From Antedon mediterranea (lineage: Eukaryota; Animalia; Echinodermata): a stretch of DNA of 64,000 bases. The position numbers and the translations under genes are program-made. The notes under the pieces were generated by a model, which saw nothing but the letters and a program-made list of their open reading frames with translations, was not told the origin of the DNA and did not search any database. Shown one piece after another: positions 13,501 to 26,900 of this stretch; the stretch's first letter is position 1, and each line of letters starts with the position of its first letter. The stretch is taken from the NCBI RefSeq assembly GCF_964355755.1, contig NC_092670.1, positions 18,772,795 through 18,836,794 on the forward strand, written 5' to 3'.

Positions 13501-16500
13501 ACTATTTGATATTAATATCTGTGCAATAATTCTTTCGTCTTTATACACTGATCACATTACAATTGATGTTATCAATACATGTATAATGTTATATCAATAC
13601 CTTTTATTTTAATCAAAGAAAAAATATATTTTATTTCTAGTTGACAGTATTAATCAGATGCGGGGCTTTAGAATACATGTATATTTATTTATTTTTTTTA
13701 ATTTATTTATTTAACAACATATTTATACAGGATAATACACAATCAAGTAGAAATAAACTTGTTTTGCATTGTGGTCCTGTCGACAAAAACGGATACAAAT
13801 TTAAATAATAGAAGTATTATAGATGACAAACTTTAAGATTGAAACCAAAGATGTGAAAATTATATAGTGACATAAATAGAACATTTAAATGCAAATATTT
13901 CAGTGAATATGCAAATAATGTAATAATATACTTTAAGAATACAAAAGTATATTAATTAATATGCAGATTAATATGCAAATTAATAAAAACCTAAAATGAA
14001 AGGTGAAAAATCCATTGCTCCAAATGTTGAAGTGCAGTGAAGACTCGAAGAGGGTGAAGGGTGAAAGGTTAAAGTTCAAAGATCCCAGCTGAAGAGATGA
14101 TGCTTGATGAGCATGTCTCGCACACTGTCTTTCAGGGGGATGCCACCCTATTAAAAGATGAGATGAGCAAGCGAATGATAGAATGAACCAAAATGTGAGA
14201 TAAAAAAAGTAAAAACTTTACAAATGAGCTGAATAGCATAGAATACCATCAAATTACTGCAGTACTAACAAAATTAATGTGGTAACAGTGTGATTACTGC
14301 AGTAAACGGTTTATTCAGCATTATTTGCAATAGTGTCATGCATGTCAAACAACAACAAAAAAACATTCTTTCATATTTTCAGACTGAAAAAATAAAATTT
14401 CAAGATTCAGAAAACCGCAAAAAAAAAAAGTGTGAAATTAATAAAAAAAAATAAGTGTAGAAAACTTACCTTTCAAATAAAATCAGAAATAAATTTTTGT
14501 TTTACACAATGTTTAAATTTCTTTAAGTGTTAATTGAGGAATAAATATTTATTAATAAATTATGAAATATTAATTTAATTAGAATTTTGAAGATACAAGT
14601 TTTTGGATTTTTCTTCTTGTAAACAGATATTAATATTTCCATTACAATATTAAGAATTAAGCTGTCTACACTATCAAACTAGTTTGACAAAAAAAAGTGT
14701 GATGTGTCTAAATCTGGTAGTGATATGCTTAAATATGGTAATGATAACATCATTATGTCCATATATGGGCACATCACATTTTTTGTCACATAAAGTTTGA
14801 TAGTGTAGACAGAGTTTTAGGTTATGAATTAAAACTATGAACGATACACATATAAATGTAGAATCAAAAAACAAAAGTGCTCATTAAAATTATAAAAAGC
14901 TACATGCATTATCCATCCTGTAATTGGCGGGTTACTCGCTGTTGGATGAGTATGAAATAAAAAAAAAAATCAAAAAAAATCTATGTGGTACTAAGTGGTA
15001 GAAAGATTTAGTAGACATAGTGTGGAGATGGTACACCAAAGAAGATGAAGAGATGCCTAAATGTTAGTAAAGTCAACAAGTAATTTCATTTTACAGTACT
15101 GCGGTACTATTTATTTATTAAATCCAAAGGCAACAAGGCCTCATACATGGCTGCAGTCGCGTGCGCAAATTTGAGTTAGTGTATACCGAACGACAGACCA
15201 ATAGACCAACCGACATAGTGAGCTGTAGAGTCGTGTTTGTACGCGACTAAAAATTACTGATAAAATGATAATGCTGCGAATATCAGTGGCTAGATCGCAA
15301 TACAAATAAAATCACAATAACATTTATACATTATTATTAGTTGATTCTTGATTTGTGTTCTTTATCAATCAAAGCGCTAATAATCTGAGAACCCATTAAG
15401 GTTTATCGTTATTTTAGGAAAACTGTTGCTATAATTAATGGTGATATAATTTACGTTTTCCTTTGAAATTTAAGAAGGACTTAAGGAGTTAATAAAAAAA
15501 TTAATATATCAGCAACTAACTCTTCTTTCTTCTTTTTGCAGAAAGAAAGGTAGAAATATTGAATTTGAATTTGTTGTGACTGAAAATGTTGTACTATGAT
15601 GGTTATTCAATTAATTTATCAATCTATAAATCATGCCACTAAAACATTAAATCAATTATTTAACAAATAAATCAATAATACAATTCATCATATGTTAAAT
15701 GACATTTTCATTGACCCTACTTCTAATTGGATACTTCAGGGTGATATGATACTCATTAAATAATTAAAATATTATTATTTAATCATTCATTCAAAGCAAT
15801 CACACAAATTAAAACAATTCAAACCCTCAACAAGTTAACTTACTCAAACATAAAAGAAAATAGTGTTTTAATATTTAATGTAGAATATGCTATTTTATTG
15901 TCACATAATTAATAGTTATTCACTTTGATAAAAAATTGGATCAAACTAAATTTATTTACCAGAAAAAATGTAATTTAAAGCTAAATTTACTGCTAGCCAA
16001 TGGGTTTTTTGGTTCAATTTCAACTGTTTATTTTGTCAATTAATAGAAACATTATTTTTTCTGTTTTTTTTCTATGGAAGTGATAAACTTTGTTGAAACT
16101 ACAAAATGGCCTATTGAATGTTTTATTAATCCTTACTTTTGATGTTTTTGGGGAACAATCCATCTTTAACTTATTTTGGAAAAAACACAAATTTGGTGCT
16201 TTTATATGGAATGTAATTTCCTTCGGCTAAACTTACGGACAAACAAACGTGTGAATTGCATAACCTACGCATTTAAATTAAAAATGTGAATTTAGTGTAT
16301 GTTGACACTTTGTTGAATTTAACAATAACATCCCCAGAAAAAAACCTACATTATGTGCCCGCTGGCATATTATACTATAAAGTTTACTACGAGTAAACAA
16401 AATTATGTCTTGTTTTTTCTGTTTACGAAAGCTATAAAAATGATCCTTATTGTTGAACAAATAGCGGGTGTTACTTTTCACAAGACACTGCGTATGTTGA

Positions 16501-19500
16501 CTAACAATTGAAATGCATCATCAGGATAAGACTAATATTTGAGAAAATGTCTAATTATTGAAAGTAGCTTATTAATCCTATGAGTTTATTATGCGTTTAA
16601 TATCAAACAGTAGGCATGGTAACTAACAGCAATTTAATGATAATAAAAGCATTTATAATGCGTTGTTTATATCCAATAAAATTGCTAATAGACGCTTAAT
16701 ATAACATGATAAATGTAGTTACATAATGATGAAGACAAGAAGTTTGAAAATCTATAAGGCACTGTAGAAGCTGTCACTCTACATGATTAAATAACAAGCA
16801 AAAGCTGTTTGTAATACTGCAACATAATCGCTTGAACACAGTGGACATACATCTGTTGTTTAGCATTGTGTATCATATATCTCATATCCCATCTTTTATA
16901 ACACCGGCAAAAAAATCAATGATTCAACTTTGAAAAAACGGTCATGTTTAAGAAAAAGTCAAACTTTGATTGGATAGAATATTATGACATAATAAAATGG
17001 GTGGAGTTTACATCTTAACCTGTAATGTAAATTAATCCAAATTAAAATGAAATTGTGTTTGAATAATATTGTATTATTTCTTTACTTGATGAAATTAAAA
17101 TGTCAGAGTAATCAAAATTTAATTAATTTATAAGAGACAGTGAAATAATATTTATTAGTTTCCAGAATGTTCTTCTTTATATTACTGATGGTGAGAGGCA
17201 AACAAAAATATCTTAATTGTGCTGTCAATGATTTTGTCAGTTTTTAAGCTAATTCTATTTTCTGAAATATTAAATGATGGGAGTCCATTGCGTAAGATAA
17301 AAAGAACTTCTTTGATTTTATAACTATCTATAATTGATATAGGCATGGATCTGAAACAAATAAACTACTCACTCAAAAAATATTATAATTTGAAAAATCT
17401 ATATCTAACAGAAGGGAATTTGGGGTGAATTAAAATTGTAAAGTTGAAGTTTTAAAAAACTGTCTCTACAAACTACAACTAGTTTATTAAAACTCTTTAA
17501 AAATGTAAATATGTATTTGGCTTCACATGCAGTATAAAATAACTAAACTAAAAGCTATTTTTTAGAAATAAAATTTTAAATAAATTTACTACATTGTAAC
17601 AATAGTGTGCAAATAGTATTGTTCTTAGTGGCATTGCAGCTACTTTGTTAGATCCTTGCCTGCCAATATTAGAGTATTTGGTTCGGTCCAGTATTTTAAT
17701 ATGTATCTTTTCGTAATAGTCACCAGCGAAATTATAACAATGTTTACGGTACAAGAAAAAATGGCACATGATATGAAATTAACCAATCAAATGACAAGTA
17801 TACACTCAGGTGTGTTATAATCAATGATAACCAATGCCACTGTGTAAGCATAGACAGACTTCCGGAAGTGTACCAAAGTTCTTATCATTTTTTTTATGAG
17901 TTAATAATTTGGAAAAATTGTCTACCATTGTGTGCTGAAACACTTGAGATATAATTATTGAAATATGACTTTCAGTGGTTGCTCTGCCTTACTTCCACAA
18001 TACTATTTGCACACTAACTTTAAAAAAGTAAAAGTAAACACACCTCCTTTTTAACTGGTATTTCCCAATCTTGGGACAGGTTGAAGGCAAAGTTTGACAG
18101 CACCCGTAACTCGCACTTAATCTGAACCCAACCGGGGCTACGCATGAACGACCACGGATGGTACCATTTTTCAACTATTTGTTCACATGAGCACAAACAT
18201 TCTAGCCATAGGTGGAGAGCTTGCTCACTGTAATAAATAAAAGTTTAAGAAAACATGTAAAAAAGTTACTTTGTGTTACATAGTACAACCCATTCTTTTT
18301 AGGACACCCCATTAAGGGGACACTACCTATGAAACAAAACAAAAATAAATGTGACTAAAACGCTGTCTACACTGTCAAACTTTATATGACAAAAAAATGT
18401 GATGTGCCCATATATGGACACGTCATATTACTACCCCATATTTTGGCACATCACATTTTTTTGTTACATAAAATTTGATAGTGTAGATAGAGCTTTACCC
18501 ATGTGCAAATATACTAATATATGGTTCTGCACTGGAAAGAAAGCTGATGATGGGCAATACATGATTCAACACCTTGACCAACACCTATTCAGGGACCACT
18601 ACTATTAAGGGAAGATTTCATTAGGCCCCAAAGGCATTCCTCTAATAGGGGTTCTGATATGAATTGAAATGCAACACAAAAATCTTGAAATATCTCAATA
18701 TGATTCAGATTTTTTTCTTCTACATTTTGCCTTGTCATATTGATGAATGCAACAAATACAAACATAATTCCTATTCAGCCCTAGTTCCTGTCTTTATCTT
18801 TCAACCTACTTTTATGCAGTTTAACAGATAATCTTCCAAAGATAGGTATTAATACAAACATAGAAAGATTGATTTTATAGATGAAAATATGCTGAAATAT
18901 TTAGAGATCATCTTCGTTAAAGCATTATTGGGGGCGACAGTTAAAGTCAAAATATTCCTGATGCACAATCATCCATACATATATGGGGTATCAAAATGAA
19001 AGTGGAATGGTACTGGATAGGTTTTAAACTACATGAACTGGCCCTGGGGATGAAATTGCGGGCGTATTTACACTATATAATAATAGAACTTTCAGCTTGG
19101 AGAATTTGTTTGTTTGCTAATAATAGCCACCAAAACTGTGAATATGACATATAATATGTTTACAGTCCTCAACTAAACACCGCAATCAATCCTCATAGAA
19201 TTAATGATATTGACAAACCAATACAAACAGTGCAGCTTGCTAAACCAAACAGAAGCTGTTGATGAATTAATTATGTTTAATTACAATTACTGCAGTACAT
19301 TTCATAATTCAACTGCAGTAATATCTGAATATTTTCCACAGAGATTTTTTCATTATTTCATTCATTCAAAATATTGAAACAGTGTAAAGTTCTGTCTACA
19401 CTATCAAACTTTATGTGACAACAAAATGTTGGACACAACGATAACATAATAGGTATTGTACTGTAAATATCTATAAAATGTGGTGGTTTTTTGCTATCAA

Positions 19501-22500
19501 TTTTTTCTGCTGCAGTAACTGCAGTAGATGGTGTTGACACGGTCATTAAGCTTTCTTTGCTATTTATTATAGATTGATGTATGGCGAGATGACAGTTATT
19601 AGTTGAAATGTCAAAAATTGTCAGACAGCATATTTTAAGTTGGTTTTCCATCTACAGTCAATATAGAAGACGCCTACATTCAGAAGATGTCTTCAGTACA
19701 TTACAAAATATATTTAATATACTTAAAATAATTAACACTTTCTTCTCAAATAATGTGATAATTAGACCACAGAAAAGTGATCCGTAATTGAATAGGTTTT
19801 AATTTGAAGGATATTTAATTTGGGGGTTATTTAATTTGAGGGTACTGAATTTATTTTGGGAGCATTTAATTTGAGAGCATTTAATTGAAGGGGTATTAAA
19901 GAAGGGGTATTAATTTAAGGGATATTTAATTTGGTGGCATTCCATTTAAGGGGTACTTAATTTAGGGGCATTTAATTTGAGTGCGTTTAATTGGAGGGAT
20001 ATTTAATTGAAGGGATATTTAATTGGAGGGGTATTTAATTGGAGGGGTATTTAATTGAAGGGGTATTTAATTGGAGGGATATTCAATTGGAGGGCATTTA
20101 ATTGGAGGGGTATTTAATTTAAAGGGTATTTAATTGAAGAAGTATTTAATTTGGGGGCATTTAATTGGAGGGATGTTTAATTTGAAGGCATTCAATTCGA
20201 GGGTATTTAATTTGAGGGAATTTAATTGAAGAGGTATTTGTTGGTTGTCTTTTAATTAGTTGAGTAAATTTTAATTTTATGGAGTCTTTAATTGTAAAAG
20301 TCTTTAATTAGAGGGAGTTTTTATAAACATAAAAGTAAAGTAAATAATGTGAAAAAAACATATCTTATGATGAGGTAATTTATGTGTTTTTCTCAATTTA
20401 TAATACACAATAAAAGCCTAAGGATTATACTGATTTACCCATTATCATAAAAATAGAAATATTGAAATGCAGACTCATTTTTCTTGTTGATGGTTTGAAT
20501 CTTGCTTTCTTCTGCGGTGAGGCATAATATTCTTGAATATATATTTACATAGGATGTCTAAAGTAATTCATCATAATAAAAATTGACGATTTAGTTTGAG
20601 ATTGTTATTCCTTTAATGTTACATGACTTTTTGAACTTATAAGACGTGGAGTGACTGAACCTTAGGGGTGTGGTAAATTCATCGTGGTGTTTCCGGTCAG
20701 TGAATAACGAACAACATTTCATTTTAGCACGTAAATGTGCGTATGCAGAAATTACTGATTGAACAATAAACAATTGCATTCAAGTTTTGGTGGTAAGGCT
20801 TAGCTAATCATGATCAAGTAATGATACCGAGGTAGGATTTAAACCCAGGATTAGATTTACAGGCAAGCTACCAAGATGCAGTGCCACTAAAATACAAACC
20901 TTTTCTCTCTAGTATTGATTCTAGTAAGTTCAGATGAATTAAAGAACATTATTTGTCAGCATTTAAATCATAAAGTTTAGCTATATCATTTGGAAATGAA
21001 TTACAGGTATATTCATATATGCCAAAACATATTATAACAATATCCACTAATGGATAGAAATACCGAACCAAAAGGCAAACTAAGCTAATACAATTACGTG
21101 AAAATATTTTATATTAATTATTATAAATATTATTCTATTCTAAAAAAAATCTATATACATAGATACTATATATCCAATCTGCAGACAGTACTGTTTCGAT
21201 CTTATTAGATCTCGTCAGTGCAGCTCAGGTTTTCGAAATGAAATGTACCGCAGAACTGGCACAATATATAGGCTGAGTCAGGTATGTGGGACATGGTACA
21301 CTGATTATATATAGCAAACAGAATTTCTATGTTTTTTCTTAAAACAAATGACAATAAATGATACTTGACTTGACATTAAAATTAAATAAATACTTAGCTG
21401 TATATGATTTAATTGTAATTTTTCATTTTCACCAATGTTGTGACAATATGTGAAGCGCTGCTGATTATGAGGTTTTCATAGAAATGGGTGCTATATAAAT
21501 TTTAATGTTAATAGCAACAAGTTACTGCAAAGAGACCAACTTACTTTAGTCCTAAGCACATTAACGATCGGAACTTGACATCCATCTGAGCATGAGCAGT
21601 GTCATGTGACAGGTTTACAGCTTGAACTGAACGATACAGAAGTTCTTCAGGTGTAAGAACCTTTCCGTCCTCATCCAGCCTATAACGACAAATAAACCAT
21701 AATTAAAATTTAAAATGTTTAGTTTCAACATCCTCTCCCTCAATAATTGTTTGAGCCACATCATTTGTTTGTACTACTATCCCATCGAAATTGCATGCAT
21801 GACTACCATTAGGCATTTATTCTGGGGTGTGTACATTGCAACTGGACTTTTATACTATCAGTCTCATTTCAAATAATGGACATGAAACTAACATTTCATT
21901 TTTATTTGCCTTAATGTATAAAACTCTGTCTACATTTAGCAAACTAGTTCGATAAAAAAAAGTGTGATGTGCCCAAATGTGGTAGTGATGTGCTTAAATG
22001 TGGTAGTGATGTGACCAAATATGGTAGTGATGTGCCCAAATATGTTCATCTATGGGCACATCACTTTTTTTTTTCACATAAAGTTTAATAGTGTAGACAG
22101 AGCTTAAGAAAATGTTTTTCCATACTTGAAATGCAAAACACGATTTTATAAAATTCAGACTTTTTATGAGGATTATCAGTACATTTTATATTAAGGTATT
22201 ATTTTCAAATTTTAAGAAAAACCATTTCAAGATATCGAAACACTAAGATTTGTGTGCAGGCTTAGTTAGTTTCTAAAAAAAAACCTCCCCGTATAAATAA
22301 CATAATATGTCATGAGGCACGTACCTGAATGTTTTACACAGTACTAATCTTGAATACACAGAATCAAAGTCCCTTTCAACTTCTTTTGCTGCTGCCTATA
22401 AGTATGAATAACATTTATAATTACTGTACTTATTTGGGTGGAAATACAAGTTTGGGTAGACGACAAACCACAGTGGGGTTGTATTAACATTTTTGGGGGT

Positions 22501-23942
22501 AGGTGTTGAATTACATAGACATTGTAAATTGGTATTAATAATATTTGTTTCATATACAATCACCATCATCATCTATTACTAAATTTTACTGTTGTTATAG
22601 ACATTTGGTTTACACCTTTTTAGTAGACGTACATAGTTTTTTTGGATTGATGTATTTGCTTTTATAGTTACCGTATAAGACCGAGTAGTCCTAGGTGGGC
22701 CAGGGTATGAAATTTGGGGGAAATTAGAGGCTGGGATTAACATACTATGGTTACATTAAAAATGGAATTCACCAAAGTCTGGTGTCAGAATTTAGCCTAA
22801 AATAAGGGGTGGTATTATATACTCGAGTATAAGATGTATAGATATTCGGTATGGTATTGTTTTCTTATCAAATCGGATATACAGTACAAATTTACTTTGC
22901 CAGGGAAGATGTGGATTTTAAAGTTCATTTATGTTTTAAACATTCCAAACATCTACTATGCCAAACATTGACACCACATCAAGTGTATAACCATCACAAA
23001 ATGTCAATAACATTGCAAACAGATACACAATGTCTACAACCTTTCCAATTATCCTCATGTTTTCATTAACCTGTCATTAGCAATCACCACAGAAAAGTTT
23101 TGATACAAGTTATTACGCACAAGTCCTTTTGACTTGATCACACTGACCAAAGATCTCTAATTATCTACATACTCATAATATGAGTATGTTTGATAAACAC
23201 ACAAATTGTCACTGGCAATTGTTTTTGATTTTTTGACTGTAAATGACTAACTTTGTGGAACTTTTCTGATTTCTTTACAAAGTATTTACTAATAATATTT
23301 GGAATCGCACATTAGCAGAATCAAATGCGGAAAGCTGTCTATTTACTTTACGTCAAGTTAAGCAAAATTCAAAACCAAATCACCAATCATCTGTAGACTT
23401 AATTAGTTCCCATTATATATTACACCAAAAATAAAGATGTGTTTATATTGAATACATCTCAATGGATTGTTTATTTCATTGATCAATCAATTCATCATTC
23501 TATTTTTACTATCAATTAATCCTTGTTTCTATCTATCCTTTAGCACTGGTCAGATAATTTAAAGTTGTACACAATAAAACACATCTACTTTGCTTTACTA
23601 GGAACTAGGCTGTAAATGTGCAAAAGGGACCACAACCAATTACAGAGTATCAAGAAAAGTACTAGTTAGCCAAAGATAAATTAGTAACACACAAGTGATT
23701 TAATATAAATGTAAGAACATGTATATGAACAACATTAATTGTAATGTGGTCAATAACAAAAATAGGTTTAAGTAAGAAGGCTACTTTGGGAACAATAACA
23801 ATTGAAAGTGCTGGAGAATGGAGCGGTGTAAATGGTTCCTCTGCTTTTTTTTCTGGTTTTGGTTATCTTAGGATATTATATGAATAATTTTTGTGTGTAA
23901 AGCGCTTGGAAACACTGTTGCTATATAAGATTACCATTCATT

Positions 23943-23974
<32 letters not shown>

Positions 23975-26900
23975 TATATATTATTATACAAAGAAAATGA
24001 GTCCTTCACCCAGGTCCAAAATCTTTCATAAAGGTTTACTCAACAAGTTGACCAAAATTGTCATCACGTTATTCTTATAAGTTTAACTCAAATTATATAC
24101 AGAAATATATCCTCCGAGGAAAAGCCTTGGATGGCCTACTCAGTAGACAGAATTTGGGTCAGTATTTCAGGTTTACCTGGTTGAAAGATATCAAACAAGG
24201 AAAATCCTTGGACATGACCTGATTTGTATAGGTTTCTTGACCTATAGAAGTGAGCCTGGCTATAGAAGTGAGCTTGGCTATACCATATGCAAAATCTAAG
24301 CTACACATACTGTATGAACATGATTAACTGGTAGGAACATACCTCTTCAAGGAATAACCATGGATGGCAGGGTCCACCCAGAGTAGATGGTTGCTTCATC
24401 CCATGTCCAAAGATTAGCTTCAAGCTTGGACACAGACTGATTAAAAAAGTGATAGTAGTAGTTCCCATCCACGCCACAAGTTTAGTAGAGAGAGAGAAGA
24501 AAGACAAAATCACCAGGTTAATATAGACAATAAGTGCACAACAGAAATACCATATTTTTACAAATTAGTACATTGTATTATACATTTCTTAAGCTTGGTT
24601 CCCACTAGAACGTAACGACGTAAACGCAACGCAAGCGTTTTAACCAATGACAAGCGAAGTTATAGACAGTTAGCAATCACAAGCGAATAAGCCATCGCTT
24701 GTGATTGGTAAATTCACTTGCGTTGCGTTACGTCCTTGTGTTGCGTCGCTAGTGGGAACCACGCTTTATGTGCATAATGTACTGTACATTGTTCCAGTAT
24801 CAAAATGTTGATACAAAATTTGAAATTGGCTTTATTTATTATTTCATCATTCATTTGTATTGTTTAAACATGTTGTTAAACATTGCCTTTAAAATTGTCA
24901 TCATCATCGTCATTTACTTGTATTTTCTAAACACTCAACATGTTGAGAAACGTTCTCTTTAAATTTGTTTTAATTTTGAATTAATTCATGATTATATTAT
25001 TGTTATCATATATCTCTAGATTTTAGCAGTATTTTTCTCTTCATAATTGCCATATTATTGCTATTGGAAGACTATTATTAATCTCTTGGTATTATTTGCA
25101 TCATTGTTAGTTGTTAAAGCATTAAAATAGTTTGCAATCATTAGTACACAAATTAGTGGTTATGGTTAGTGTAAGGTTAAAGTTCAAAGGTGACCCAAAA
25201 GGTAAATTATTTGTAAAAGCAGACAAAAACAAATGAGGATAATTTGGTTGTTTTTTAGTCCATCTGCAGTTTTTTGAAAAAAAAAAAAAAAAATCGAAGA
25301 TGGATTTGTCAAATCAATCAATTTAAATGCTATTTAAACAAGCGATTTATGCCAGCTAACTCCAAACAAAACCAAGCAAATTGTGCCTATTTTGTTTATG
25401 TCTGCTTGTAAGTAGCCCAACATTATTATTAGCAAAGATGTTAGTCCACGGCATAAGCATGCGTGAGTGTTAAACCTCTGTCAGCAACCATTAGAAATTT
25501 ACCTCTTCAATAAATAGCCAAGGATGGCTTATGCCACCCAGCACGGATGCTGCCTTTATGCCGTTCATAAAGATTTTTTTAATAACTCTACTGAATCTGT
25601 TTGTATAAATGTCAATAAACATGTTTTTTTTATATTTCATAAAGAATATTTTAAAAATTAATGTTAAATACATAAAAAGGTCTGTTAATAAAAAATATTT
25701 TTAAATGGTATAGTAAAAAGTCAAATAAGTTAAAACGATTATGAAAATAGTTACGTCATTGTAAAAAAAATTTGAAATAAAGCATAGTGCAAACATTTAA
25801 AAACGTTTAATTTATTGAAAAATGTATGAAAACTATTCCATATTCAAATGAAGTAAAACATTGCTGCTATACACTTATGTTTGCATGGTGAATAAGATTT
25901 GTGATGCACCATCTTATGCTTATATTGCATCACGGTTATCAAGTAGTATTAAGCTCTGTCTACACTATCAAGCTTTATGTGACAAAAAAATATGGTAGTG
26001 ATACGCTTAAATATGGTAGTGTTATGACATCATCATGTCCATATATGGGCACATCACATTTTTTTGTCACATAGATTTTGATAGTGTAGACAGAGCTTAA
26101 CATTAAAATAAATGTAGTTATGATGTCTTAAAAAGGACTGATTAAACTTACGACCCCCTAACAAGATCTGTGATGACCTCTGTAACCGTGTCATCTCCAG
26201 CACTCGTATACATTTTACTTCGTTCATCTAAAAGTTCAACAAACTTTGCTGGAAACCATCCTGATAATCAAAAAATATAATAGTCAATAAATTACATAAA
26301 GATAAATCTCTAAAATAAGTAATGACCAAGTAAAAATGTATGTGGCCCTACCTCTCAGTCCATTTAATTCACCAACCCAGCAGTGTTCATCCTTTTGAGA
26401 AATTATCTAAATTATAATTAAAGTTTCATTTTAATATAGCAAGGAGTGAGTTAATGATATGTACACGATACCAACAGGGCAGGGACTCCTCAAAATGGCT
26501 GCCGTATATATGTTCAAAAATATTATTTAGTATTATTAAAAATATTATGGAGAGGAGCAGAAATCGAAACATACATTAATTCTTAGAATTTATTTATTAA
26601 TGTATTATTATAGTGTTGCCCGAAAGCTCTGCTACTTTTTCTGGCTGTTTTACTATAGCTTTTTGCTTATTTTATTTTGTATCTCCATTGAGATCCAGCC
26701 ACTGATATCCACAACATTGTTCATTTTTTTCAGTAATTTGCCTTTGGATTTAATCTATTATTATACATACTTGTTGATGGCAATACAATTAAATTACTTC
26801 TTGGTATTAATATTGTATAAGACTACTTTCTTGTGTTGAAATCAAACAAAGTGGCAGATTTATGTCTGTTGTATTTTGCTTAAATAAACAAATTAATTAC

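Noticed and set aside
19358-19651. 97-aa ORF in an SGSM3 intron
   Set aside because: No homology, its phase does not fit the upstream phase-2 donor, and it runs into a MITE-A fragment.
20440-20558. Minus-strand peptide IYSRILCLT resembling SGSM3 [10 protein letters not shown]
   Set aside because: Short match in the wrong position and phase relative to the exon order; likely chance.
23071-23156. Open 86-nt phase 0-to-2 segment ([29 protein letters not shown]) as an alternative to SGSM3 exon 22325-22395
   Set aside because: No polypyrimidine tract, weak donor (gttaat) and no similarity to the [10 protein letters not shown] exon.
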